A stretch of 62,129 nucleotides of DNA, counting the filler. It is 9 parts of 9 records of this genome, joined end to end, with 100 filler letters (N's around TTAATTAATTAA, not from the genome) between each part and the next. Parts side by side here need not be neighbours in the genome. Positions count along the whole stretch, not along the records: positions 43,616 to 48,971 come from SRR7504441_3361; positions 49,072 to 56,975 come from SRR7504441_3364; positions 57,076 to 62,129 come from SRR7504441_3365; 6 more parts are not named here. One strand, 5' to 3'. Of the stretch, positions 46,601 through 57,252 are shown in pieces (within the stretch, counting starts at the first letter, position 1; each line of letters starts with the position of its first letter). A program made the translations under genes and the position numbers. The notes beneath the pieces were generated by a model, which was not told where the DNA came from, ran no database searches, and saw nothing but the letters and a program-made list of their open reading frames with translations.

Positions 46601-48971
46601 CGGGCTGTCCGAGGAGGTGCTGGACAAGCTCGAAGAATACTTTGAGCAGATGGCCGACGACGTGAGCGCGGCCGGGAACGCGCACTTTGCGCACGCTGTG
46701 GTGGCAAAGGCGGACCGTCGGCGGGAGGACCGGGTGTTCAGGGAGGTGCGGGGGCGGTGCCGGTCTGGAGCTGAGGGCGTGGGTTGCAGTATGTGCAGGA
46801 AGGGAACCCTAGCCCGGACAGGGAGCTTAAGGTAGCGGACTTCTCGTTTGGCACAAAACTCGAGCAGCGGCACCTGGTGGAGCTGCTCGAGCGGAAGATC
46901 GGGCAGCTGGTCGGGATGGGGGACGCCAAGAGCTGGTTCGGGCAGCTCAAGAAGAAGGTGCACTTTGTGGAGAAGACTGGCGACCGGGCCGCGATCAAGA
47001 TGTGTATGAACCTTGTGATCACCGGCAACCCTGGGACCGGCAAGACCACCTTCGCCAGGCTTTGCTACGAGTTCATGCGCGCCTATGGCATCCTGCCTTC
47101 CGACCATCCCATCTTCGTCGAGAAGAACGGGCTCGAGCTCAAGGGTCAGTTTTTGGGCGACACGGCGCCTAAAATGAAGCGGGCGGTGCGCGAGGCCAAG
47201 GGCGGCTGCCTGTTCATCGACGAGGCTTACGCGCTTGCTGTCTCGGACGAGCCCGGTGGCTCGGGGGACGCGTTTGCTCAGGACGCGATCCGGACGCTGC
47301 TGACCGAAGTCGAGAACAATAGGACCAAGTGAGAGCTGGACAGCTTGTTGTTGACTGACCGGTCGGGCAGCTGCATGGTGGTGCTGGCGGGGTACCAGGG
47401 CAAGATGGCCCGGCTGATGCGGATGGACGAGGGCCTCGACCGCAGGTTTAGTAGTACTAGTACTAGTAGTAGTAGTAGTAGTATAATAGTAGTAGTAGTA
47501 GATGGACGAGGGCCTCGACCGCAGGTTCCCGCAGCGGCTGCACCTGCCCGACTACACGCCGGACGAGCTGGCGCTCATGTGCGAGATCAAGGCCCGGTCA
47601 CTCACTAACTGCGCCGATTGTGGCTGAGAGCGCTCGACAGGTCCAAATTCGAGCGGAGCTTCACTCCGGAGCTGCGGGCTCAACTCGGGACTCACATCCG
47701 CGACTTTCACAGCCGCGACATCGCCAAGCAGAACGCCGGGCTAGCGGTCAATCTGACAGAGCGCGCGGTCGACCGGCAGGTGTCGAGGCTGATCGACGCC
47801 ACAGCCGAGCCTCAGCCGGCGCTCGCCCGGACAACGACTGGCTACCTGCGCGAACAAGGGTCGCTGCTCACGCCAGTGGACTTTGGGATCTCGGAGGCTC
47901 CACAGCTGGGCGACCCAGCCGAGCGGCGGGCGATCCGGGAGGAGGTGGACGCGCTGATCGGGATGGACGGCTCGCAGGTGGTCGGTTGGCCAGTGGGCCG
48001 GTGCTAGGCCGGGCAGGGGAACTTGCCGGGCTGTCTGAACCCGAAGGAGTTCTTCAACGAGATCGATAAGGCGGTGGCGTTCGTGGAGGGCGGCGGCTCG
48101 ATCAAGCTGCTCAAGACCAGTCTGAATATGATCATCACCGGCAACCCGGGTGCCGGCTGGCTGCTCCGCCGCTCACGCCCGGCAGGGACGGGCAAGACCA
48201 CCATCGCCCGGATGATCAGCCGGTACCTGCACGCGTTCGGGGTACTCCCCAACGACCGGTTCGTCGAGAAGAACGGGCTCGAGCTCAAAGGTGCAGCGCA
48301 GGATAGAGTTTCGGCTCAGCTATTGGTGCAGGCAAATTTGTGGGCCACACCACACATACCGTGAAAGAGGCGTTTCAGGACGCAATGGGCGGGACGCTCT
48401 TCCTGGACGAGGCGTACAGTCTGGCCGACTCTCAAGACGACTTCTCCGGGGAAGCGGTGCGCACCATGCTGACAGAGCTCGAGAACAACCGATCGAACAT
48501 CCTGGTGGTGCTCGCGGGGTACGAGGACAAGATGTGCTCCAACCCGGACAGCCTGATGGCCTCCGACCCGGGGCTGCCAAGACGGTTCCAGACTCGGATC
48601 CACTTGAACGACTACAGCCCGCGCGAGATCGGTCGGATCTGCCAGCTGGTGGCCAGCAGCCGATTCGAGCTCAGCTTCAGCCCAGGGCTGCTCGACGCGC
48701 TCACCGAGCACATCGCCCAGCACCACGCCGCCGACATTCCGATCCACAACGCCGGTCTGGCCGTCAACCTGACTGAGCATGCGTTCAGGCGGCTGGCGAT
48801 CCGAATCGTCGACTCGGGCGCTCGAGGCGGGGCTCGGACTCTCGTCCCGGCCGATTACCAGATTGGCGTTGCTCGGCCGGATCAGCCGGTCGTCAAGCCT
48901 GCGCCCGAGCCGGCTGCACTGCCGGCGCTGGCTGGACTGCTGGCCGAGCTCGGGCTTTCCAAGTACGAGGC
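43616..48971 (+). CDS. Ankyrin + four tandem SpoVK/CbbX-type AAA+ modules + start of a SAM domain (partial at both ends)
   Basis: GGTALHLAAAAG...DDDGRTP ankyrin. Walker A motifs GPFG|CGKT, GPHGVGKR, GNPGTGKT and GNPG|TGKT. Walker B LFIDEAY and LFLDEAY. VVLAGY, GL.RRF..DY, NAGLAVNL. Terminal LAGLLAELGLSKYE. Many short introns. Confidence 0.8.
47422..47527 (+). repeat. 27-bp perfect direct repeat (47422-47448, 47501-47527) flanking a (TAG)n-like microsatellite (47449-47500)
   Basis: GATGGACGAGGGCCTCGACCGCAGGTT occurs twice, separated by TAGTAGTACTAGTACTAGTAGTAG... Confidence 0.95.
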
Positions 48972-49071
48972 NNNNNNNNNNNNNNNNNNNNNNNNNNNNN
49001 NNNNNNNNNNNNNNNTTAATTAATTAANNNNNNNNNNNNNNNNNNNNNNNNNNNNNNNNNNNNNNNNNNNN
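48972..49071. other. Artificial contig linker
   Basis: Same 100-nt linker. Confidence 0.97.
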
Positions 49072-52000
49072 TGAGCTGTGGGAGCACTCAGATACGCTGG
49101 AGACGGCGGAGTCTTACGGGCTGGTGGATCACCACTGCAGGTATTCAGATCCATTCTCGTACATTATTGTCGGCAAGGAAGAGTTTTGCTGGTCAACAAC
49201 TGCAACCATCAGCCTCCATCAGCTCGACTATGTGCATGCCCACGATGGAGATTTCTGGCAGAACCACGGTAGCTCGCAGGCCGGGCTCAAGTTGCTTGTG
49301 GTGAGTGCACTGCCTGGTGACGCATACTCGACCAAATGTTACAGTCAGTTCAATCTGATGATGTGCTGTGGGGTGCTCTCAGTCTGCTTCGCCATGTTGC
49401 TGATCTACATTTTCCATCGTGTGATTTTGCACGACAGTTATGTCTTTGGAATCAAGGTCAAGCAGAGGCACTTTCCCACAGTCACGCGGGTATTGTCTGT
49501 CCTACTGGCGTTGACCTTCATTGTCCCCTCGATTTACTGGCTAATCAACATATCAACAGAGCACAGATCAGCAGTGGATGACCTCATGAGTCAGGTGGGT
49601 ACTCAGGTCATGCATGGTGCTGTACGTGAGTTCCAATCTGCCAGCACACTTGCAAGGCAAGCAGCCACCACATGGTACTTTGTGGGAGCCCCAACATCAA
49701 ACCTGAGCAGTATCGACACATGGGCTGCAGATCTACTGCGAAACTTCTACTACACATCCAACGTGTCTACTCTTCGGTTTGGCACTATTTATGGGTTAGA
49801 GCAAAGTTTCAACGGGACAGCTGACGGTGTCCGGGTTCTGAGCCGCACAAGCAACACGACATCGTCCCCTGCATCCTGTTTGAACGCCTACGATTACCAG
49901 TACGCTTCAGGTAACTCAAGTGTGGACGTCTTTTACCCACCGCAATGCGCCTACGATCCACGTTATACCGACTGGTACAAAACTGGTCGCCAATCAATAT
50001 TTTTTGATCTTGCAAGCGAGACATACTCTAATAAGTGGGTGGCTTTCACTTCCAAAGCCACAACTGTTGGCGTTTTCCCGACTCTTGCGCGCGAATATTT
50101 CAAAGAAACACCCACCACAATTGTATCTGGCACCCCAATTGCAACAGTCAATCAAGACGTTACAATCAGCGAGTTGACTGCCTCCGGCTACACTAACAGC
50201 ACAGTGACCAAGTATGAGAAGGCATATGCTTATGCCATTGGCGCATGCAATGGAGTATCGTGTGCCAGCTACCGTGCTGGAGTATCTATAAACTCGTCAG
50301 CGTCAGCACGAAGAGCTGCCACTGTCACATTTACCCTGGTACTGAATGGTACAAGCAGCGTCGCCGCCTACCAGAACGGTTGCGCAGGCTCGCTGTGCAA
50401 CACATCTAGCATGGAAAGGGCCATGGGCAGCACCCGAATCTCAACAGTCACTCAAGACGTATCATTTAGCGAGCTCACTGCTTCCGCCTACACCGGTGAC
50501 ACAGTGACCGAGTATGAGCAGGCGTATGCTTACGGCATTGGTGCATGTGGCGATGAATTTTGCAGATTTTACAGCACTGGAATATCTATCAACTCGTCGA
50601 TTTCGACGCGAAGAGCTGCCACTGTCACATTTACCACAACCCTGTTGGAGAGCACGAGCAATATCGCCGCGTACCAGAATGGCTGTGCAGGCCAGATGTC
50701 GATTGCGCTGCCGGGAGGAGGTCTTGCTCCGTGCAATACAACTAATTTGGGAACAGCCATTCTGGAGTTTACAACGGACCCAACAGCGAATGCATCAACC
50801 ACAACAGTGAATGCATCAGCTTTTGTGACTAGCATCAGCGCCGCCACGCTGTCTGTTGACAAAACCCTCACTGTCACGAGCATCAGCAACGCCACGAGCT
50901 CGGTTACTGGTTTCACTTCCACCACGTACAGTGGCAATTTCAGTGGAGTGTGGGCCAGCGAGTTGGCGATCACGAGCTTGGTCAACATGCTTGAATCTCT
51001 CAAACTCGGTCTGGAAGGCAGCCTGGCAATTGTGGGGACAAATGGCCAAGTTTTGATCACATCATCAGGAGTTGCGCTCGAGCCCGCAGTGAGCTGTGAA
51101 GATCCGTACATTCAGCGAGCAGCAACCCAGGTTGCAAGTGACAATGATTACGACTGGAGCGAAGCTAGTGGCACCACGCTCAGCACCGATGTGATTGGGG
51201 CGATGCAATACGTGACCCAGCTTCACGAGAATTATGCAGAGACGGTGATGGCATCCTTATTTTCTCTGGCCTCATTTGGCCGCGACCAGCTTTATGAGAA
51301 GTACAATCATGCGATTTCGTCCAGCTTTGCGCTTGTATTGATCCTGACACTTGTAATTGGAGTACTCGTGCAGACAACAATGCAGAAGTGTCGAGTTCTT
51401 CCGCGAAGACAAGAACAACAAGACAAGGAAGTGCAGAAAGAAGTGGCAGCGGCTAAGAAGCATCCTTATCTGGTTGATATGGACACTCGGCTCACTGGCT
51501 ACATCTTTGGACTGGAGGCCAAGCTGGAAGAGGCACCTCTGATTCGGCGAGATTTGCATCAGCTCGAGGGCACGAGGTACGAGAAGCAAGCAACGACCCA
51601 AGATAGGCTGCATCTGACACAGAGCGAAGACGGTCGTATCACTGCGAGCAACAGCATGGATGAAGCCGTGTGCACTGATGAGGCTTTCCTCCGGATTGCT
51701 GTCTCACTGCTGCAGGACACATTCCAAGGCCGAGATGTGGAGGAGCACCTTGTACTACTTCTGTGCACGAGATACTCTCGACTCGGTCTAATGCGACTTT
51801 TTGTGATCTTGAACAGCGCATACTACATGATAGCGATCAACGGGACGCTAGTGGCGTTGATATATCTTGGTTACAGTGAGCAGAAGGACCTGGCTGCCAA
51901 TCTGTCGCTTGTCTTGCTGCTGGTGCTGGACATGGCTGCCCGTCAGGTGTTTAGTGTACTGTCGGCTCAGAGCTACGACTTTGCGCTGCCAGGTCATGCT

Positions 52001-55000
52001 CCGGTGCACACTGAAAGCAGGTTCAGCAAACGGCTGGTGCCGTTAGTCTTCTACCCGATTCTGCTGGTGTTTGTCTTGGTAAGTGTCGTCATGCAGGGCA
52101 ACGACGACTCAGTTCACGATACATCAAACTACATCCTTCCAGTGCTGATCATCATGCGCAATGAGGAGATGTGGCCTGCACTCTTTGTACTGGTCAATTC
52201 TCTTCTGGTAGCGGGCCCAATTGCATATCTGCTGCTCTGCCTTTTGATTGTGTTCACCGGGATGGCCACAATTCTCCTGCACGGCCAGCTGGATACTGGA
52301 GACTTCTACACCGATAATCAGTACACCAATTTCTTCCAGAGCTTTACAACCATGTTCATATACATGTCGAATGGCGAGAACTTTGTCGAGGCAGTGGAAC
52401 CTCCAGTCGTGGCACATGGTGCCTACGCTCTCTTCTTCGTGATCTGCTCCCTGCTGGGACTCTTTTTCATCTCGTCGCTCCTCATCCAGACCTTTGCAGA
52501 CGCTTACTTTAAAGGCAAGAAGGACAGCCTGACCCAAGAGAGATGCCGCCAGTGGGCTGCACTGACCTCTACTTTCCTTCTTTGGACACGCGCCAGCGAC
52601 GTGTGCGAGGCTGGCGTATCAATGAGCCCTCTTGGTTTTGAGCGGCTGATGCTGCAGCAGTCGCGTGGCGGCCAGTCAGGTACGGACTCCACGGCCTGGC
52701 TCAACGGTGTGCGGGAGCTGGTCGAGAAGATTTTCAAGACGTTGGGCGAAATGAAAGATGTTGACATTTCTACTAGATACGAGAAGGAGGTTGCAACTCT
52801 TGCCACACTGTGCTGCAAGCTGCAGTATGAGAACCTGTATCGTTCACTGCTCCGCAAGAAGTGGTTCAAGGGGAAGGTAGGCAGTGGTGGGTTCGATGTG
52901 CCTTCTTCTTGCTACCGGGGGAGGTGTCAGATGCAGCTAGCAACTACACTAGCAAGACTTGAACTGGCCACTTCCAAAGAAGACCAGTTGGCATTTGTAG
53001 CGTCGGTGCTTGGACTGAAGGATGCCACTGAGCATCAACTCCAGTACAATCTGACAAACACGACCATCCCTCTGGGTGTGTGTGGGAAGGATGCCGAGAG
53101 AATCGTATGCGAAATGCTCCGGGTTAGTCACTGCAGGGACTACCTCCTGGTGGACGACTTGGAGGATGCCTGCAGAGTGCTCGTTACCGTGCCTGGGGTC
53201 CCGGTCAAGGACGCGGCTGCAGACTGGCACAAGTCTGAGATTGCCTGGAGGTTGCATAGGCTGGTGCACCACGTTTACGGGCTGGATAGCTTCTCGAACG
53301 ATCCGTTAACCTGCCAAGTGGTCCAGCTGGCCAGTCTTGTGCAGCTTCATCAGTGGAGACTCCGGATCATGTTCGAGTCGCTAGACATGGATGACAACTT
53401 TAGCCTCACGTGCCCTGAGTTCGATCGGCTCCTCTCTCTGACCAAAATGAGCTCGGGGATGGCCGAGACGGTTCTGCTGCAGCAGGAAGGCGAGTTGATG
53501 TTCCTGCAGAAGAGAATTGACAGCATCGAGCAAGATCTGGCTGGGGTTCTAGACAAGAAGCAGCGTGCTGCAAAGTTGATCGAGCTTGAAGAGAAGAGGG
53601 TAGACCACAGATGGGTGAAGGCTGAGATAAATAGGGCATGCGGTGGCTCCTGGTTACTTGGCGACGTGCGCCTCACATTTCTGCAGCTGGCTGCTTGGGG
53701 CAATCTGATCGTGGTGGCTCTGTACCCGGCTGCTGACTGGTCAGATACGGGACTGGACTGGCTGCTGTGCATCTTCCCTGTCTCATTTGCGGTTGAAGCT
53801 GTGCTTTGGTCGCAATTTGGGAGGCTCTCACCTCATGGCAAGTCATCTGCACAGCAGGTAGCAGAGCGGGCGTCGTACTTCTTTATTCTCATAAGTCTTG
53901 TTGGCGTGTTCCTGAAGATCGCCACCAACTTGGATGACTGCATCACCCAGACCCTGGCCTCTTTCACTATCCTGCTCATCATCACCTCCAATACTTACTG
54001 TGCACAGATGATGTTTGCTCTGACTCGCGCCATAGTCACCTGCGCCTACGTTGTGGTGGTTCTGTTCATGTTTATTATCCTTTACGCGCTTGCATCTCGA
54101 GATATCTACGGATCGAAGGCCCGAGACGATGACGATGTGCCGTATTTTGACACCTACAGCCGATCGCTCACCACAATGTTCCGTTTGTTCCTGGGCGAAG
54201 GGTGGCACGACATCATGTACTCGGCGTCAGACTCCACAACCGAAGCTGCGCGATTCTGGTTCATGGCCTACATCCTGATGGTCACCCTGATCTGCAGTTC
54301 GCTATTTGTTGGCGTGATCATCGCCCTATACGACCAGGTGCAGCAGGTTGCCAGCATATGGGTCTTTCCTGTGTTAGAGCCGTTGTTCAAAGACTTCGAG
54401 CAAGAGGTGCGACCCTATAGCTTAACACCTTCCTGGTCGGGTAATTCCTGTGGCTTAACACATTCCTATTCAGGGAGAGGCGCCAGTCTAGCTTGGCACG
54501 CATTAACCCTGGGTGTGCAGGAGCGCGACATTCTGATAAGCGACTTCCTCGAGCTTCACCATCGGATACGGCTATTCAACCAGGCCTTCACCGCTCTAGA
54601 GACCCAAGCAGATGTGGCAGAGCAGCAAGACACATCCAGTGGCGCTTTGCTGTTTACACCAAAGCTGGAGTCTCGGCAAACGAAAGCATGCTCAGTTGTG
54701 GCGATCGAGCTCAATAGTAGCTGCAGCAATGGCGCTGCAGGGAAGCACCAGAGCGCGCCAGTCTCCGAGCAGAATGGCGCCACGACCGCGGAGCAATCAA
54801 AGCCAGACCCTGCAGAGGGCGGCTCGCTGCGTGATGCGCTGGCTCCTCATTGTAACATGCTGTTCAAGGATGCTGCGCAGCTCTTTGACGCTGTGCTTGA
54901 AGCCATCCAGGACATGGCAGCGTCTAAAATCTCGCAAGACGATTCAGACGACATGTGTAGCGCGGGGCGAAGCACGCCCCAGTCGCACGCCACGAGGGAA

Positions 55001-56729
55001 ACTGCTACTGAGCAGATTGCTGCAGCCAAAGCTAACGTAGCCAAAGCCGAGAGAGCAAGGGGCATGGCTAGCAAAGTGCATGCTGACGCGTCGAGTAGGG
55101 CTGCTGAGATGAAAAAGTCCGAGGAGGTGGCGGCTGCAGCAGAGTTTGATGATGAGATGGCCGTTGTCAAGACGCTCCAAGTGAAAGCTGCTAGAAAGGC
55201 AGCAGCGGAAGCTGCGTCAGCTGCCGAAAGCGCGATTCAGGAGCTTCTGGTTACCGAAAAGGAGATGGCGCGGGCTGTCTTACACCTGACTACGCTGCAG
55301 TCGAATGAGGAAGCCTCGAGGTTGCAGCTGGCTGAGGCGAAGATGGCAAGTGCCAAGGGCGCCGAACTGCAGGCGGCGCGGACAGTGGCGGCCGAGGCTG
55401 AGGCTTTGGAGGTGCGGCATCTGAGCTTACAGTGCCTGATTGGTTGGTTTTGCAGGCACAGCCGCACTTTGAGGAGGTTTTGCCAGTGTTAAGTTCGTTG
55501 CTTAGAGTGGAGCTGCTGGTGCTATCTCAGACATACCAGCCAGCAGCCGGAGACACGCCGGGCTCGACCCAGCACGAGAGTCTAGTCTGCTCCTGGCTGG
55601 TGGCTCTCGTGGGGGCCATCTGCTGCGAGATGGTCAATCAGTGCTTCTTGCTGCTCCCCTTCAAGAGCCAATCGCTTGCGGATAGCTGCAGGGCCCAACT
55701 AGCTGCACGGTTTGGCTTCTTTGGCACCCGGCAGTCCGACAGCCAGCTGGGCTCACTCGGCCAATCCGAGTGGGCCGAAGCGGAGGCATCGTGTGCGTCG
55801 CTTTGCTCGATTTTGTTTGATGAGTCGCACAATACACGCTGGCTCCATCCGTCGGATGCGGGTGACTCGTTCGACTGTTTGGCCCAGCTGGAAAGTGTGC
55901 TCGGGCTGGATGAGGCGAGCACCTAACCTATGCCGCTCCATGACCGGTTGTGTGCACAGCTCATTCGCCAAGGCGAAGCGGTTTACGTTCGAGCTAACAG
56001 CTGGGCGCTGAGCTTTAGGCGACATCGTGGCGACCAGGCCGAGACAGCTGGCACCTCGAGGTGAATACTTGTTGAATAAGCCTAACTAACCCTCCCGCGT
56101 GGTGCAGGGACACCCGGTGGTTGACTGCCTGGAACCGACCGTTCTTCTGGGGGATGCGCATGCAGTCGGTGATGCGGGCAGTGATGGCAGCCAACCCGTC
56201 TGTTGACAACGTGGTCCAAATGTCCAACCCTCTCGCCAACTGCGACGACTCGTCCAAGCCGGACCAGATCCCAGAATACACGCTAGACAGCCCCAAGCCT
56301 GGGGCTGCGTTTGAGATGAGTGTGCTCAGTCCCGACGGCCTGTTCAAAGAGGAGAGCCCTCTACTCTCGGCCCAGCCAAGTCCGATCACCAGCCCTCGCA
56401 GTCCTCTGAGCAGCCGGAGCGGGATTCGGACGCCGCGGAGCCCTCGAGTGCTCGTGGCTGGGATGAGCCCAGGCAGCACGCCCCAACCAAAGCCGTCTGG
56501 TTTTTATGTGGACCAAGCCGTAGTAATGGAGGCGAGAAGCGCTCAGACGGATCCAACTGGGCCGGTGGCCACCAAGGAGGACGATAGGCCAGGCGAGGAG
56601 CCACGGCGGAACTCTTCAGAGAATCCGTTGTTTAGAGAACCAGCCCCGCGGAGCATACTGGCTGACAACAAGTACTTACTGCGGCGGGCAACCCAGGGAC
56701 AGGAGAGTGAAGAGACGATTTCGCTTTGA
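49072..56729 (+). CDS. Two-pore-channel-like cation channel (two ion-transport domains, linker EF-hand) fused to N-terminal TM-Cache-TM sensor modules (5'-partial, ~2450 aa seen)
   Basis: Cache motif YDPRYTDWY (49952-49978). Pore 1 FFQSFTTMFIYMSNGENF, EF-hand DMDDNFSLTCPEF, pore 2 YFDTYSRSLTTMFRLFLGEGWHDIM. Introns 54407-54520, 55412-55455, 55915-55959 and 56061-56107 keep frame to TGA at 56729. Confidence 0.82.
50141..50691 (+). repeat. Intragenic duplication (offset 300 nt) of an SEA-like extracellular module
   Basis: TVNQDVTISELTASGY...YEKAYAYAIGAC...SINSSASARRAATVTF...AAYQNGCAG versus TVTQDVSFSELTASAY...YEQAYAYGIGAC...SINSSISTRRAATVTF...AAYQNGCAG. Confidence 0.9.
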
Positions 56730-56975
56730 TAATCAATCGCAGCAACCCTGACACTGTTGACAAAAATTGTTTGCCGTACGGTATGTAATTGATACTAGTG
56801 TATAATTATACTAATGATAAAAACCTGAGGTACGGCTGTAGTTTAATTATTCTGAGGTCCCTACGAGGCCGCTCGTGACAGATATGATAATTATGAGGAA
56901 CATAAGAATGCTCATGGAAAGATTGATCTCATGCGAGCATTGTAGGCCCTATTGAAATTTGCAAGGTATCTCATT

Positions 56976-57075
56976 NNNNNNNNNNNNNNNNNNNNNNNNN
57001 NNNNNNNNNNNNNNNNNNNTTAATTAATTAANNNNNNNNNNNNNNNNNNNNNNNNNNNNNNNNNNNNNNNNNNNN
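56976..57075. other. Artificial contig linker
   Basis: Same 100-nt linker. Confidence 0.97.
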
Positions 57076-57252
57076 CTCTGTCCACACCGGCCGGCTCCAT
57101 GGCCAGTAGAAAGAATCAACGTGCTTTTAAGTACTATATACGCGTTGACTAAAGACAGATCTTAACTCGCCTTCAACATAATAATCCATGCAAAGCACAG
57201 CACCTCATCAATTGAATTGATATCAGAGCGACCATTACACTCGTGGGCGTCA

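Noticed and set aside
46784-48870. CbbX red-type Rubisco activase
   Set aside because: The AAA modules are tandem parts of a large ankyrin/SAM protein. There is no Rubisco or plastid context.
10500-51300. vWA receptor plus Cache channel as a split alpha2delta-like system
   Set aside because: Different contigs, with no linkage evidence.
12388-57075. Eight identical TTAATTAATTAA palindromes flanked by N runs
   Set aside because: Fixed 44+12+44 layout with six-frame stops marks an assembly concatenation linker, not a biological repeat or CRISPR.
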